The notes under the pieces: model-generated
What the model was told of the DNA's origin: nothing
What the model saw: the letters and a program-made list of their open reading frames with translations, nothing else
Database searches by the model: none
Position numbers and translations under genes: made by a program
Part shown: in pieces, positions 31,830 to 42,604 of the stretch
Layout of the letters: every line of letters begins with the position of its first letter
Position numbering within the stretch: the first letter of the stretch is position 1
Assembly: GCA_019873725.1 (NCBI GenBank)
Contig: JAIOAS010000004.1
Location: forward strand, 1-58,862
Reading direction: 5' to 3'
From: Chloroflexota bacterium
GTDB lineage: Bacteria > Chloroflexota > Anaerolineae > B4-G1 > SLSP01
DNA length: 58,862 bases

Positions 31830-34715
31830 ATGGGCTTCTGTTCACACTGTGAAACCTATCTCCCGCCAGAGACAGCCGCCTGCCCGGTGTGTGGCGTTTC
31901 TGCACCCGCACCGGCAGCGCTTGTACCCGCCTGGGCCGTACCCTTGCCCTCATCGCTATCCGGTGCGCCGGTGGCATTCGCTGGGGGGATACTGGCGGCC
32001 AGCCACACGGAGCGCGCTGCCGTCCTGGAATGGCGCGCTATCGCAAACGGGCACAGGGGGTGGCACTGCACCTTCGACAACACCTTGATCACCGGCATGG
32101 TCGCCACCGGAGAACGCCTCCTGGTCAGCCTCACCAGCACAGACCCGCTGCACGGACAGGGCGCGCTCGTGGCCCTGGATGCGGCAGGGCACGAGGTCTG
32201 GCGCTGGACGACAGAAATACAGCACATCTCTGCCCCCGTTATCGCCGGAGATGCCGTCTACGTCACTGCCGGCGCCGGTCATCTGGTCGTCGTGGATATC
32301 ACCACCGGCGCGGAACAAGGGCGCTGGGCGTTGCCCGTTTCCGTGTCGCTCGCCGCGCCCGCCGTCGCCGGGGAAACGCTCTACCTGCCGTGCCGCGGGC
32401 CGCACCTGCTGGCCGTCACCCTCTCCGGCGCGCTGCGCTGGCGCTTCGACGCTCCGCTGCCGGAAAACGCCTGGCTGCACCACACGCCAGCGCTTTGGCA
32501 GAATACCGTCTTTGCCGCCAGCAGCGCCGGGCTGATCTTCGCGTTGCAGGCGGATAGCGGCATAGTGCGCTGGCAGGTCCCGGTCGGCCCGCTGGACCGG
32601 CCCCTGAGTCCGCCCGTCACAGACGGCGAACGCCTCTACGTGGGCGCGCGGGATGGTCTGCACGCCCTGACCCTGAACGGCGAACCGCTCTGGCATTTCC
32701 CCACCGCACAGAAAATCACCGCTGCACCGGTCGTCGTGGGTGGTGTGGTGTATGCCGCGTGTTGGGACCGCTGCCTCTACGCGCTGGATGCCGTCACGGG
32801 CCGGAAATTGTGGCGCTATCCGGTGGAACGGCACATTGAAGTCGCGCCGCTCATTTTCTCGGCCGATACCGATCAGGCCTACGCCGTGATCGCCGATGCG
32901 GGCGGCACGCTCACCGCGCTCATCCGCCCTCGCAGCGCTGCCGAACAGGAGGCCGCCGGGCAATGGCAAGAAGCCGCGTGCGCCTACGCCGCGCTGGATC
33001 AACCCGCGCGTGGAGCCGCGCTCCTGGAAGCGCACGGCCAACCGTACCAGGCCGCGCAATTGTGGGAAGTCGCCGATGAACCGGAGCGGGCAGCCATACA
33101 GTACGAAATAGCCGGACATTGGGAGCAAGCCGCCGGTCTGTGGGCCAGGCTAGGACAACCCTTGCGCCAGGCGGAAGCGTTGCAACAACACGCGCGTTCC
33201 CTGGCAGAGGGGAAGACGCCATTGGACATCCAGGCCGCGCTCTGGGAGCAGATCGCCGCCCTCTACGCCGAACACAATCAGCCCACATTGGCAGAACACT
33301 GCCGTCGCGAGGTCGCCCGCTGCCGTCAGCAACCGGTCATCGCCTTGACCATTGAACACAGCGGATTGGTGCTGGGTGAATGGTCGTTGGTGCACTTCAT
33401 CGTGCACAACGCCGGGTTTGGTCCGGCGCGCAATCTGGTCATCCACACCGACAAGGCGTGCTTCGTCGGACAGGTGACGCAGACGCAGCGCATCACCACC
33501 TTGAAGGCGGGGGAGCAAGAAGTGCGCACGCTCGACCTCAAGCCGTTGGAAGCCGGCAGTGCGCCATTGCGAGTAACGGTGGAGTTCACCGATCAGTCCG
33601 GTAAGCCGATGCCCTGGGAGAAGACTATCCACCTGCCTGTGGCGCGGGAAGCTGCCGCGCGCGCAACGCAGACACATACGCAGGTCTTCCGCGCCACGCG
33701 CTTTGTGGACCTGGAAATCCGCATCTTCAAACGCGCGGAGGCGGGCTATCCCGTCGAAATCACGCTGGCCGGGCAGCAGCACTTCGCCGGTATCATTGCC
33801 GCAGACCTGGCCCACTGGATTCCCTCCGCCGATACCACAGTCGATGGTCGCGCCTTGTTCGCTGCGCTCACCGCCGACCCGGCACTGGCGAATGCCTGGG
33901 CGCGCTGTCGCGGGCAGGCTCCACAGCGGCGGGTCCGCCTGTGGCTCGATGTGGCTGCGCCAGAACTGCACAGTATTCCGTGGGAATGTCTATGTGCAGA
34001 CACGCTCCCCCTCGCGGCAGACGCGGCCACGCCTTTCTCACGCTACCTGCCCACGCAGGACGAATGGGGCGCTGTCATCACCACCCGTCCGGTGCGCGTC
34101 CTGGCCGCTATCGCCAATCCCACCGACCTGGCGAAGTACAATCTGGCCAGGCTGGATGTGGAGCAGGAACAGGCACTTGTCACAAGTGCGTTGAGCGGCG
34201 TAGATAACTTTCAGGTGGACTTCCTCCCTGTGCCGGTGACGTTGGCGCGCCTGGAAGAACGCTTGCGTGCCGGGTATCATCTGCTGCACCTGGTCGGTCA
34301 CGGCGTCTACAATCCCCGCCAACACACAACGGCTTTGTGCTTGCAGGGTAAAGCCGGCCAAACGCAGCTTGTCACCGACGCAGAGTTCGGTGCAATGTTA
34401 ACCCGCCAGGGGATACGCCCACGTTTGGTCGTGCTGGCCGCCTGTCACGGCGCGACGCGCTCCACCGCCGATGCGTGGCGCGGGATAGCGCCCGCACTGG
34501 TGCAGGCCGGCGTCCCGGCTGTCGTGGCGATGCAGGGCGCAGTCGCAATACCGACAGCGCAGGCGTTCACCGCCGCATTCTACCGCGCGCTGGCCGAGCA
34601 CGGCGCGGTCGACCTGGCCCTCAACCAGGCCCGCAGCCTGCTCATCAGCCAGGGCTGCTGCGATGTTGCCCTGCCGGTGCTTCTGATGCGACTGCAGGAT
34701 GGGCAGATCGTGTGA
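31830..34715 (+). CDS. Multidomain CHAT (caspase-HetF) protease: zinc ribbon, PQQ-like beta-propeller, TPR-like helices, Ig/CARDB-like domain, CHAT
   Basis: CSHCETYLPPETAACPVCG is the zinc ribbon. Repeated G.VY..a..G.L.AL....G...W blades form the propeller. The CHAT dyad context is HLLHLVGHG and LVVLAACHGA. Confidence 0.8.
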   Translation: MGFCSHCETYLPPETAACPVCGVSAPAPAALVPAWAVPLPSSLSGAPVAFAGGILAASHTERAAVLEWRAIANGHRGWHCTFDNTLITGMVATGERLLVSLTSTDPLHGQGALVALDAAGHEVWRWTTEIQHISAPVIAGDAVYVTAGAGHLVVVDITTGAEQGRWALPVSVSLAAPAVAGETLYLPCRGPHLLAVTLSGALRWRFDAPLPENAWLHHTPALWQNTVFAASSAGLIFALQADSGIVRWQVPVGPLDRPLSPPVTDGERLYVGARDGLHALTLNGEPLWHFPTAQKITAAPVVVGGVVYAACWDRCLYALDAVTGRKLWRYPVERHIEVAPLIFSADTDQAYAVIADAGGTLTALIRPRSAAEQEAAGQWQEAACAYAALDQPARGAALLEAHGQPYQAAQLWEVADEPERAAIQYEIAGHWEQAAGLWARLGQPLRQAEALQQHARSLAEGKTPLDIQAALWEQIAALYAEHNQPTLAEHCRREVARCRQQPVIALTIEHSGLVLGEWSLVHFIVHNAGFGPARNLVIHTDKACFVGQVTQTQRITTLKAGEQEVRTLDLKPLEAGSAPLRVTVEFTDQSGKPMPWEKTIHLPVAREAAARATQTHTQVFRATRFVDLEIRIFKRAEAGYPVEITLAGQQHFAGIIAADLAHWIPSADTTVDGRALFAALTADPALANAWARCRGQAPQRRVRLWLDVAAPELHSIPWECLCADTLPLAADAATPFSRYLPTQDEWGAVITTRPVRVLAAIANPTDLAKYNLARLDVEQEQALVTSALSGVDNFQVDFLPVPVTLARLEERLRAGYHLLHLVGHGVYNPRQHTTALCLQGKAGQTQLVTDAEFGAMLTRQGIRPRLVVLAACHGATRSTADAWRGIAPALVQAGVPAVVAMQGAVAIPTAQAFTAAFYRALAEHGAVDLALNQARSLLISQGCCDVALPVLLMRLQDGQIV

Positions 34716-35986
34716 GCGGATTTTCGGTTTTAGAAGTGAAGGTGAACGCGGTATTTCCTGTTCCAACTCAACGGTTTGGCTCGCTCCTGGTCAGTGCCAA
34801 CGGACGTTACTTCGTGGATCGCCACGGCACGCCGGTGTTCTGGCTTGGCGATACACTGTGGGAGCTGTTCCGCTGCTTCGATGCAGACACCGCACTTCAG
34901 TTGCTCCGTCGACGCCAGGCGCAGGGCTTCAACGTGACCCTGGTGATGCTCACCGGCGTGGATACTCCGCGCTTTGGCCTGGATGCGCCACCGGCGTACC
35001 GTAATCTAGCAGGTGAAGTGCCCTGGCTGGACAACGATCCGCTGCGGCCCAACGAGCGCTACTTTCAACCCATCGACACACTGATCCGGCTGGGGGAACA
35101 GACCGGACAGACATTGGTGGTGGGTGTGTATCACCAGTGGCACGTGGACACCATCACGCTGGCCAAGGCGCGTCCCTGGGCGCGCTGGGTGGCACAGCGT
35201 TACCGCGACGTTCCGAACCTGATCTGGTCGATGTACCCGCAGGCGACGCCGGAGTACATTCCCGTGTGCCGGGAGTTGGCTGTCGGTTTGCAGGAAGGCG
35301 ATGGCGGGGCGCATCTCATCTCGGTCCACCCGGACCCGGCAGTGGCCTCGTCCAGTTTTCTGCACACCGAACCGTGGCTGGCGTTCAATATGATCCAGAC
35401 GTGTATTGACTACGAACAGATTCCGACTGCCGTGACCACCGACTATCAGCGTGTGCCGGCCAAGCCGGTGGTGATGGCTGAAGGCGGCTATGAGGGGGTG
35501 GAGTTTGGCAGACGGCAGACCGCGTTGGAGATTCGCCGGCAGGCGTATTGGACGCAGTTGGCCGGTGGGCATCACGTCTACGGGCACAATGACGCCTGGA
35601 CCGCGCCACAACGGTGGGCGGAATGGGTGGACACGCCAGGAGCAGCCAGTCTGCGGGTACTGCGCGACATCCTGACAGGTTTGCCGGAATGGTGGCAGAT
35701 CGTCCCGGATGCGACGCTCTTGATAGCCGGGGCGGGAAGCGGGGCGACGCAGAACCTGGCGGCGCGTCACAGCGCCGGAGCGTGGGTGTTGGTCTATCTT
35801 AGCACGCCGGGCACGGTGTCTGTACGGTTGGACGCTTTGGCTGGGGGCTGCCCTTGCCGCGCCGAGTGGATTGATCCCCGCGACGGCGCGCGTGTGCCGG
35901 CGGGTGCAATCGCCGGACAGCCGGTGATGACGTTCACTTCGCCGCCAGACTGGGAAGATGCGCTGTTGTATATTGGAAGCACGTAA
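34712..35986 (+). CDS. DUF4038/GH140-like glycoside hydrolase
   Basis: LVSANGRYFVDRHGTPVFWLGDTLWELF...RRRQAQGFNVTLVM matches my recollection of the DUF4038 N-terminus. GTG 34712 overlaps the CHAT stop, and the start is uncertain. Confidence 0.55.
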   Translation: MSGFSVLEVKVNAVFPVPTQRFGSLLVSANGRYFVDRHGTPVFWLGDTLWELFRCFDADTALQLLRRRQAQGFNVTLVMLTGVDTPRFGLDAPPAYRNLAGEVPWLDNDPLRPNERYFQPIDTLIRLGEQTGQTLVVGVYHQWHVDTITLAKARPWARWVAQRYRDVPNLIWSMYPQATPEYIPVCRELAVGLQEGDGGAHLISVHPDPAVASSSFLHTEPWLAFNMIQTCIDYEQIPTAVTTDYQRVPAKPVVMAEGGYEGVEFGRRQTALEIRRQAYWTQLAGGHHVYGHNDAWTAPQRWAEWVDTPGAASLRVLRDILTGLPEWWQIVPDATLLIAGAGSGATQNLAARHSAGAWVLVYLSTPGTVSVRLDALAGGCPCRAEWIDPRDGARVPAGAIAGQPVMTFTSPPDWEDALLYIGST

Positions 35987-36014
35987 CGCATTGACATTTC
36001 CACAAGAAGCTGAG

Positions 36015-36692
36015 ATGACTATATCCGGTCACGGATTACAACCCTACCGCCTTCCGGCCGAAACCGTGCCCGCCTTTGCCCGCACCAACGCGCAGACCAT
36101 CGCCCAGCGGGTGACCTTGCTGCGTGAACTACTGCCCGATGTACGCGCCATTGGAGAACTGTGCTGCGGGGATTGCGCGCGGCAATGGGCGGCGTATCGC
36201 CAGGCATTCCCCGATGTCAGCTACCGGGGACTGGACATCGCTCCACATATCGTCGCGGCGAATCAAGCCCGGGGCATAGCGTGTGCCTGTGGCGATGTAA
36301 TGAACCCGGAAATCTTACGCCAGTTCCTCGGCTGTGACGTGCTTTTCTTCGGGCCGCCACTCTCGCAAGGGTGCGATGGGCACAATCTATTGGCCTTTCA
36401 CGAGGTCATTCCCACGTATACTGACTTTGCGCGTCTGCTGTGGGGTGACTTGGACTATCAGGGGACGCTGGTCTGTATCTGTCCCAATACGACAACAATG
36501 GGCGATGTACAACGGCTGTACGCGCAGACGCGCATTGCGCGGCCCGATGTCAATCTGCGCTTGCTCCATTACAGCTACGCCACCCGCACAGGGCACGATG
36601 AGGTTACGCCGCTACGCCTGAAATACGGGGAACTGTGGTTTTCCACGGTGCTGCCCGATGTGTGGGAAGTGCGAGAGTTAGGGCCGGACTAA
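36015..36692 (+). CDS. Hypothetical protein, possibly class I SAM-dependent methyltransferase-like
   Basis: AIGELCCGDC fits a Gly-rich motif I and VLFFGPPLS is a motif IV-like segment. The evidence is weak. Confidence 0.4.
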   Translation: MTISGHGLQPYRLPAETVPAFARTNAQTIAQRVTLLRELLPDVRAIGELCCGDCARQWAAYRQAFPDVSYRGLDIAPHIVAANQARGIACACGDVMNPEILRQFLGCDVLFFGPPLSQGCDGHNLLAFHEVIPTYTDFARLLWGDLDYQGTLVCICPNTTTMGDVQRLYAQTRIARPDVNLRLLHYSYATRTGHDEVTPLRLKYGELWFSTVLPDVWEVRELGPD

Positions 36693-36695
36693 CGG

Positions 36696-39269
36696 TCAGT
36701 GTCGTATGACAAGGGGTAGATACACCGTCCGTACAGGCGATAAGCGTACTAGCAGCGGGTAATCTTTCACCCGCAGATTTCGAATCACCAACGCTTGCCC
36801 CTCATCCTGCGTCACCAACGGCTGCACCAGGCTGTGTAACGGGTCGATGCCCACCGCTGACTGACCGGCGAAGCCTGGCAGGCGCAGGGTCGTGCTGATG
36901 CCGGGGTCTTCATCGGTGGCGATCCCGTCATTCCACAGCGCCAGCAGATGCCGGTCATCCGGCAGAGCAAAGGTATACGTTGCCACTTGGGTCATCGTCG
37001 TCTGCGCCTGGATCGGGATGATTTCCACCTTGGCTCCGGCGAAAACCGTGGACAGATTTTGCAGGACGGTGTACGATTCTTGGCGCAGGCTGGACATACC
37101 AGTAGGATTCACGTCGAGGTCCAGTCCCAGGTTGATGACGATGCCGCGGGCGTAGTACTTGGCCGCGGTGCTGTTGGTGTACAATGGGTCCTCCGGCGCA
37201 CACCACGGACAATCAGGGCTGCGCCAGACGATCTCGTCGCCGCGAAACTCGCCGTCAAAGCCGTGCGCAATGGCTTCATCCCTGAGGTGCTGCACGATGG
37301 TTGGGTAGGCATAGTAATAGTCGGCGTGATCAGGATAGGCCGGCGATGTACCGAACATCGAGTGCCAGGCGACCACATCGACCAACGGCATCAAGTTCGA
37401 CTGAACCACGGTGAGCATATACTGGTACGAATCGGGATTTTTCAGGTAAGATGTGCTGCCCACTACAATCTTGGCTTGGGGACACGCACTCCGGATGATC
37501 GGGATGAGAGTGTGCGTAACCGAGATGTAATCTTGTGGCTCGATGTACTGTACTGGACTGGCCGCGTTGTCCGGCTCGCTCCAGATGTCAAAGTAGGGGA
37601 CACGTCCGCAGAAGTGGGGAACGATGAATTGCACGAACTCCTGGAAACGCTGTACGTCTTCGACAGTCTTGAACCGCGAGGTGATTCCCGTCCAGCCGTC
37701 GGGGTGATTGGCTTTGTCCCAGAAGTTCAGGTAGTAGGTCAGGGTTAGGCCGTGGCTGACGACATGGGTGATCCAAGCGTCGTAATAAGGATCGATGGAC
37801 AGTTCCGGTTTAGTCCAATCGATGGGTTCTTCACCCTCCTGCACGGACAACCTGAAGCGTGTGACGCCGGAGGTCGCTATCTCCTGGTCGAACCAGGCAT
37901 ACAGATCCCCCAATGTCCACAACGCTCCTGCGCCACTGCCAATGCGGTTGTCGGCCAACTCCTCGGAGCGCCGGGGTTCCAAAGGAGAGATGAAGCGGTA
38001 GTTATCCTCCTGGATGATCCATTCCACGCCTGATCCGCTGGTGGGCGGCGAAAAGGCACTGGTGTTTCCCGCCGCGTCCGTCGCCGTCGCCGTGAGATGC
38101 GGGCCGGTCAGGGGCGCGCCTTTGGCAAACACAAAGAGTCCCGTCGCGTCTGCCGAGGTCTGACCTTCATAGACTGCGCCCTGGTCGCCGGAATCCGAGA
38201 AGACTTCTACCATACACCCGGCGCAGGCGCGACCCCAAACGCTGCCTTCTGCCAGGTTAAAGGCCATCAGGAAGGGCGCAGGCAGATTGCCGTTGCCACC
38301 ATCGTCCAGACGAATGCCTTGTTCGGTATTGCTGTAGATGCTGTTCCCGGTGATGGTATTGCCCACGCTGGCAGCCGTGTCAACCTGCACACCAAAGGGA
38401 TTGTGTGCGATGCTGTTACCTGGCCCGACAGTGTTGTGACTCGCGCCATCGTGAAACCAGACTCCGAACATCGTGTTGGGAATAGGCTGGTGTCCATCAA
38501 TGCCCACGCCGATTAAGTTATCGCGGATGACGTTGTAACTGCTGTCGGTGTTGCAGCAACCCTGAATCGCACTGGCGTTGCCGCTGATTACGTTCTCTTG
38601 GATGATATTGTGGTTGGCGCTGTTGATGTGAATGCCATCATACTGGTTCCCCCACGCCTGCAAGCCGGTGCGGTCAACGCCAATAAGATTCCCCTGGATG
38701 GTGTTGTAGGCCGTCGTGGCATCCCACATCCCAATGCCACAGACGCCGTTGCCGCTGATGAGGTTGCCCTGGCCGAGTGGCCCACTGCCTGTTTGCCGGT
38801 CGCCGCCGATAGTGTTGTGCTGCCCGCGCAGTTCGATGCCACAACCGGTGAAGTTGACGATGTGCAAACCGCGCACCGTCACCCCGTTGGCGCGAATGTC
38901 CAGGCCCGGTGTGCTGGCACCACCGGCAGCGCTGCCATCCAGGATCACGCCGACGTCACTGGCATCGATGGTCAGGTTATCTTGAGTGATTGGTGGCAGA
39001 GCACTGAGCAATGTAATCGTTGCCGGATCGGCAGGGGAAAACACTGCTGCAGAGAAAACAATGCTGTCACCGGCAGACGCATCGAGCAGTGCCTGACGCA
39101 GTGTGCCTGGTCCCGCATCGGCATTGCTGGTTACGGCGTAGACACCGGCGCCGAACGATGCCCTTTCGGCTAAACCGATAGGCGGCACGTCGCCCGTTGC
39201 GAATGTGTGAAGCAACACCATCACGATGAGCAAAGCCACAGTCAAAGTACCGAGTCGATAGCCTTTCAT
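36696..39269 (-). CDS. Secreted right-handed parallel beta-helix repeat protein with C-terminal glycoside-hydrolase-like TIM-barrel region
   Basis: Has a signal/anchor (MKGYRLGTLTVALLIVMVLL), many NxIxGNxI-type beta-helix repeats, and FDIWSEPDN and VVAWHSMF motifs in the C-terminal half. Confidence 0.75.
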   Translation of the reverse strand: MKGYRLGTLTVALLIVMVLLHTFATGDVPPIGLAERASFGAGVYAVTSNADAGPGTLRQALLDASAGDSIVFSAAVFSPADPATITLLSALPPITQDNLTIDASDVGVILDGSAAGGASTPGLDIRANGVTVRGLHIVNFTGCGIELRGQHNTIGGDRQTGSGPLGQGNLISGNGVCGIGMWDATTAYNTIQGNLIGVDRTGLQAWGNQYDGIHINSANHNIIQENVISGNASAIQGCCNTDSSYNVIRDNLIGVGIDGHQPIPNTMFGVWFHDGASHNTVGPGNSIAHNPFGVQVDTAASVGNTITGNSIYSNTEQGIRLDDGGNGNLPAPFLMAFNLAEGSVWGRACAGCMVEVFSDSGDQGAVYEGQTSADATGLFVFAKGAPLTGPHLTATATDAAGNTSAFSPPTSGSGVEWIIQEDNYRFISPLEPRRSEELADNRIGSGAGALWTLGDLYAWFDQEIATSGVTRFRLSVQEGEEPIDWTKPELSIDPYYDAWITHVVSHGLTLTYYLNFWDKANHPDGWTGITSRFKTVEDVQRFQEFVQFIVPHFCGRVPYFDIWSEPDNAASPVQYIEPQDYISVTHTLIPIIRSACPQAKIVVGSTSYLKNPDSYQYMLTVVQSNLMPLVDVVAWHSMFGTSPAYPDHADYYYAYPTIVQHLRDEAIAHGFDGEFRGDEIVWRSPDCPWCAPEDPLYTNSTAAKYYARGIVINLGLDLDVNPTGMSSLRQESYTVLQNLSTVFAGAKVEIIPIQAQTTMTQVATYTFALPDDRHLLALWNDGIATDEDPGISTTLRLPGFAGQSAVGIDPLHSLVQPLVTQDEGQALVIRNLRVKDYPLLVRLSPVRTVYLPLVIRH

Positions 39270-39658
39270 CGATACACTCTCCTTTCTCGTACACGGACAG
39301 TAACGATGTACGGTGATGCTCGAATGGGGAAGATGCGGTGCGTACCCGAATGAGGATGAAGCTTGATTGACAATTCTACAGCAAACTGCCAGGTGCGCAA
39401 TGATTCACCGAAAGCTCAATCGGTATTCGATCTCTTGCTCCTTATTCAGTTGATCAACATCGTTTTTGCGATATGATAACAGGCGGGCGCAATTCAGCAA
39501 AGTTCACATCGTCGACGGTCGAACTCTCCTGGGAAACCCTTGCCTCCCGAACAATTTTCGCTCAATCCTAGCCCGTTTGGGGTTGACCTAGTCATAACCA
39601 GTTTGCCCCAACACATCTGTATTCGTTTCTATACCGGCGCAATAGAACAGGTGAGGGT

Positions 39659-41971
39659 ATGACAGAATTGATGGGTCAGGCCATTGGAGCGTACCGGCTC
39701 ATCGCCAAGTTGGGCGAAGGCGGGATGGCTGAAGTCTACAAGGCGTACCAACCTCGCCTCGAACGCGAGGTCGCACTCAAGTTCATCCGCCCTGAACTTG
39801 CCGCCGATGCGGAGTTTCGGGGGCGTTTCGAGCACGAGGCGCAAGCGATAGCCCGCCTGAGCCACCCCAACATAGTTCACGTCTATGACTTTGGCGAGGA
39901 AGGCACTCGCTATTACCTGGTGATGGAATACGTCCCTGGCCAAACCCTTAAGGGACGCCTGGAATCACTGCGCGCTGCCGGGAAGACGATGGACTGGGAC
40001 GAGGCCTGCCGCATCATCAACCAGATCGCCGCGGCATTGGACTATGCTCATCAGCAGGGCATCATCCATCGTGACGTGAAGCCGGCTAACATTATGCTGA
40101 CCCCCGACGGGCGCGCGTTGCTCAATGACTTCGGCATCGCCAAGATGCTCGGTACGTCACAGGCGCTGACACAGACCGGCGGCACCATCGGCACGCCCGC
40201 CTATATGTCGCCGGAACAAATTCGCGGCGACAAAGAACAGCTTGGCCCGACCAGCGATCTCTATTCACTTGGCATCGTGTTGTACGAAATGTTGACCGGG
40301 CGCGTACCTTTCGTTGCAGACACGCCACTGGCGGTGTTGTACAAACACTTGCACGACCCCATTCCACTGCCACGCACCCTTGCGCCGACCTTGCCCGAAG
40401 CCACTGAACGGGTGCTCCTCAAGGCGTTGGCCAAAGACCCCACAGATCGCTATCCCGATGGACAAAGCTTGACTCAGGCTCTGCAAGCCAGCTTTTCCAC
40501 GCCTACACTACCCCTACCGACTCCCCGACGGACACGAACGCGCCCGGTCTGGCTCATTCCGGTTATCATTGTTGCAATGTTGGCGACGGTCATTTACGGT
40601 GTTTTGGCGTGGCGCACCGAACAGTCGCGCTTCTTACAGCCGCAACAACCAGCGACGCAGACTATGGCTGTCTCTGATGCGACAGCCACCTTCACCGCTG
40701 TTGCAGCTACCGCGATCCCCACTGCGACTTCCACGACGACGGCCATGTTCCCCACTCCCACCGCCACACCACGGCCACAGGCCACCCCCTGGGGGACAAC
40801 CGCTACTTCTGCAACATTGATCACTGTGGTGCAGCAGTTCGCGGCCCCCGGTTACCGTGCCGAAGGTCTCACGTGGGATGGTACGCATCTGTGGGTTGCG
40901 GATAATTCGGGGACGATCTTCCAGGTAGATGCTGCCGGTCGAACACTCGGCGCTTTCGCAGCGCCAGAAGTGACCCCGCAGGGCTTGGTCTGGGATGGCA
41001 CAAGTTTCTGGGTCTTCACCACCAATTATGGCCGCATTTACCAGTTCCAAATCGAGGGTACAGAGACGCGCACGTTGGGCTCCTTTGAGACCCCGGCGCG
41101 CGTTTTTGGTGGCGACATCAGCCAGGAGCTGGCCTGGGATGGCACGCATTTGTGGTACGCCAACCAGTTCAACGTCTACCAGTTGGATACGTCCGGCAAC
41201 ACCCTCTGCACCTTCGCCTTCGCGCAGAATGTGGCCGGCCTGGAATGGGACGGCGAACGTCTTTGGCTAGCGTACGGAGGGTGGCCGGCGCTTTCAACCC
41301 TCGCGGTGGTCGATGCGACAGGAAACGTGATGATGACCTTTTCTGCTCCGGTTCACGGGATTCTGGCGCTGGCGTGGGGTGACAATACGTTGTGGGCATT
41401 GGGGCGCGAGTTACACGGGACTGCGATCCAAATTTACCAACTGGACGTATCCCGTGCATATGCAACCCTCACTCAGATTTCTGATTCATCCTGGCAAGCC
41501 GAGGCGCAAGCCGTGCGTAGGGCGTCTACCTTGCGCGCTTACACTGCCACGCCAAGCGATACCAAAGCCCCGCACGTGGCCGAAGCCGGGACAGTATTTC
41601 TGGTGGTTGATTTGGGGCTACGTGGCTCAGAAAAGGGCGTACTCCTGAACCTGGAGGATGTACGAGTGACGGATAACCAGGGGCGCGCTTATCCCGTGAT
41701 GGGAATGGCCTTGTCGTCGGACGACGGTTTTGCCCTTGGTGAAACCAGCGGCATGATCCATATGCTAAACCTTGATCCACCCGCGCTGGACATCCAATTC
41801 ACGATTGTGCAAAGCGGAGTGTGGGGATCCGAGACCATTGAGGGAAACATGCTGGTCAATGCTCCCAGCGGTGCGTGGCCGGTGGTGCAACTTGTCTTTG
41901 TCGTGCCTGAAGATGCTGGCGGATTGCAGCTAGCTGGTCTTGGAACGGGGACCGATTTGGTCATTCCTTGA
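39659..41971 (+). CDS. Transmembrane Ser/Thr protein kinase with extracellular beta-propeller-like repeats
   Basis: Kinase motifs GEGGMAEVY, HRDVKPAN, DFG and TPAYMSPE. One TM segment (VWLIPVIIVAMLATVIYGVLAW). Repeated W(D/E)GTHLW blades. Confidence 0.9.
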   Translation: MTELMGQAIGAYRLIAKLGEGGMAEVYKAYQPRLEREVALKFIRPELAADAEFRGRFEHEAQAIARLSHPNIVHVYDFGEEGTRYYLVMEYVPGQTLKGRLESLRAAGKTMDWDEACRIINQIAAALDYAHQQGIIHRDVKPANIMLTPDGRALLNDFGIAKMLGTSQALTQTGGTIGTPAYMSPEQIRGDKEQLGPTSDLYSLGIVLYEMLTGRVPFVADTPLAVLYKHLHDPIPLPRTLAPTLPEATERVLLKALAKDPTDRYPDGQSLTQALQASFSTPTLPLPTPRRTRTRPVWLIPVIIVAMLATVIYGVLAWRTEQSRFLQPQQPATQTMAVSDATATFTAVAATAIPTATSTTTAMFPTPTATPRPQATPWGTTATSATLITVVQQFAAPGYRAEGLTWDGTHLWVADNSGTIFQVDAAGRTLGAFAAPEVTPQGLVWDGTSFWVFTTNYGRIYQFQIEGTETRTLGSFETPARVFGGDISQELAWDGTHLWYANQFNVYQLDTSGNTLCTFAFAQNVAGLEWDGERLWLAYGGWPALSTLAVVDATGNVMMTFSAPVHGILALAWGDNTLWALGRELHGTAIQIYQLDVSRAYATLTQISDSSWQAEAQAVRRASTLRAYTATPSDTKAPHVAEAGTVFLVVDLGLRGSEKGVLLNLEDVRVTDNQGRAYPVMGMALSSDDGFALGETSGMIHMLNLDPPALDIQFTIVQSGVWGSETIEGNMLVNAPSGAWPVVQLVFVVPEDAGGLQLAGLGTGTDLVIP

Positions 41972-42604
41972 CATTCGACAAGGGTGATAGGCAATGCATC
42001 GTCCGCGAATTTGTTTTGTCGCTTCGTCAATCTGTGCTACACTCCTCATAGCTCATATCCAGCGAGGTCAGCCAGCGATGAGCGTCAAGATTGTCCTGAC
42101 TGGACATCCCAAAGACTTACATATCCATAGGGCATCGTTACCTGCCGCACCGTAGCCGGCCCGGTGTCTAGCACCGCGCCCAAAGGCTTGCCGCTGTTCA
42201 AGGTCGTGACTTACAACGACCAGTGCAGCGAACGGCAATACAACCAGGGCGTGCGCACGCCGACGATTACTCCGATCAATCATCGAGGGTGGCCGGGAAC
42301 CGCGCCTCGGCGACCACGGCAAACCTTATTTTGCCGTGGTCGCTACGTCAATGGTGAACCAGCCTGCGCAGAACGAGAAGAAGTTGCCGCAACTCCGTGA
42401 CCAATTCGCGCAGGCCGAGGAGGTTACGCTGCCGCCTGTGCCGCCCACGGGGGAGATTCTCCCCAAGCGCAGGCCGCGCAAGCACAGTGGACGGCGCTGA
42501 AAGACGGCCTGTTGAAGTTCCTGGACAAGCACCCGGAGTTTCAGGGGCGGAGTTTGGTGTGAAGAAAGACGATTTTCTGCTGCGCCTGCGCTTGGGAGAG
42601 AACC

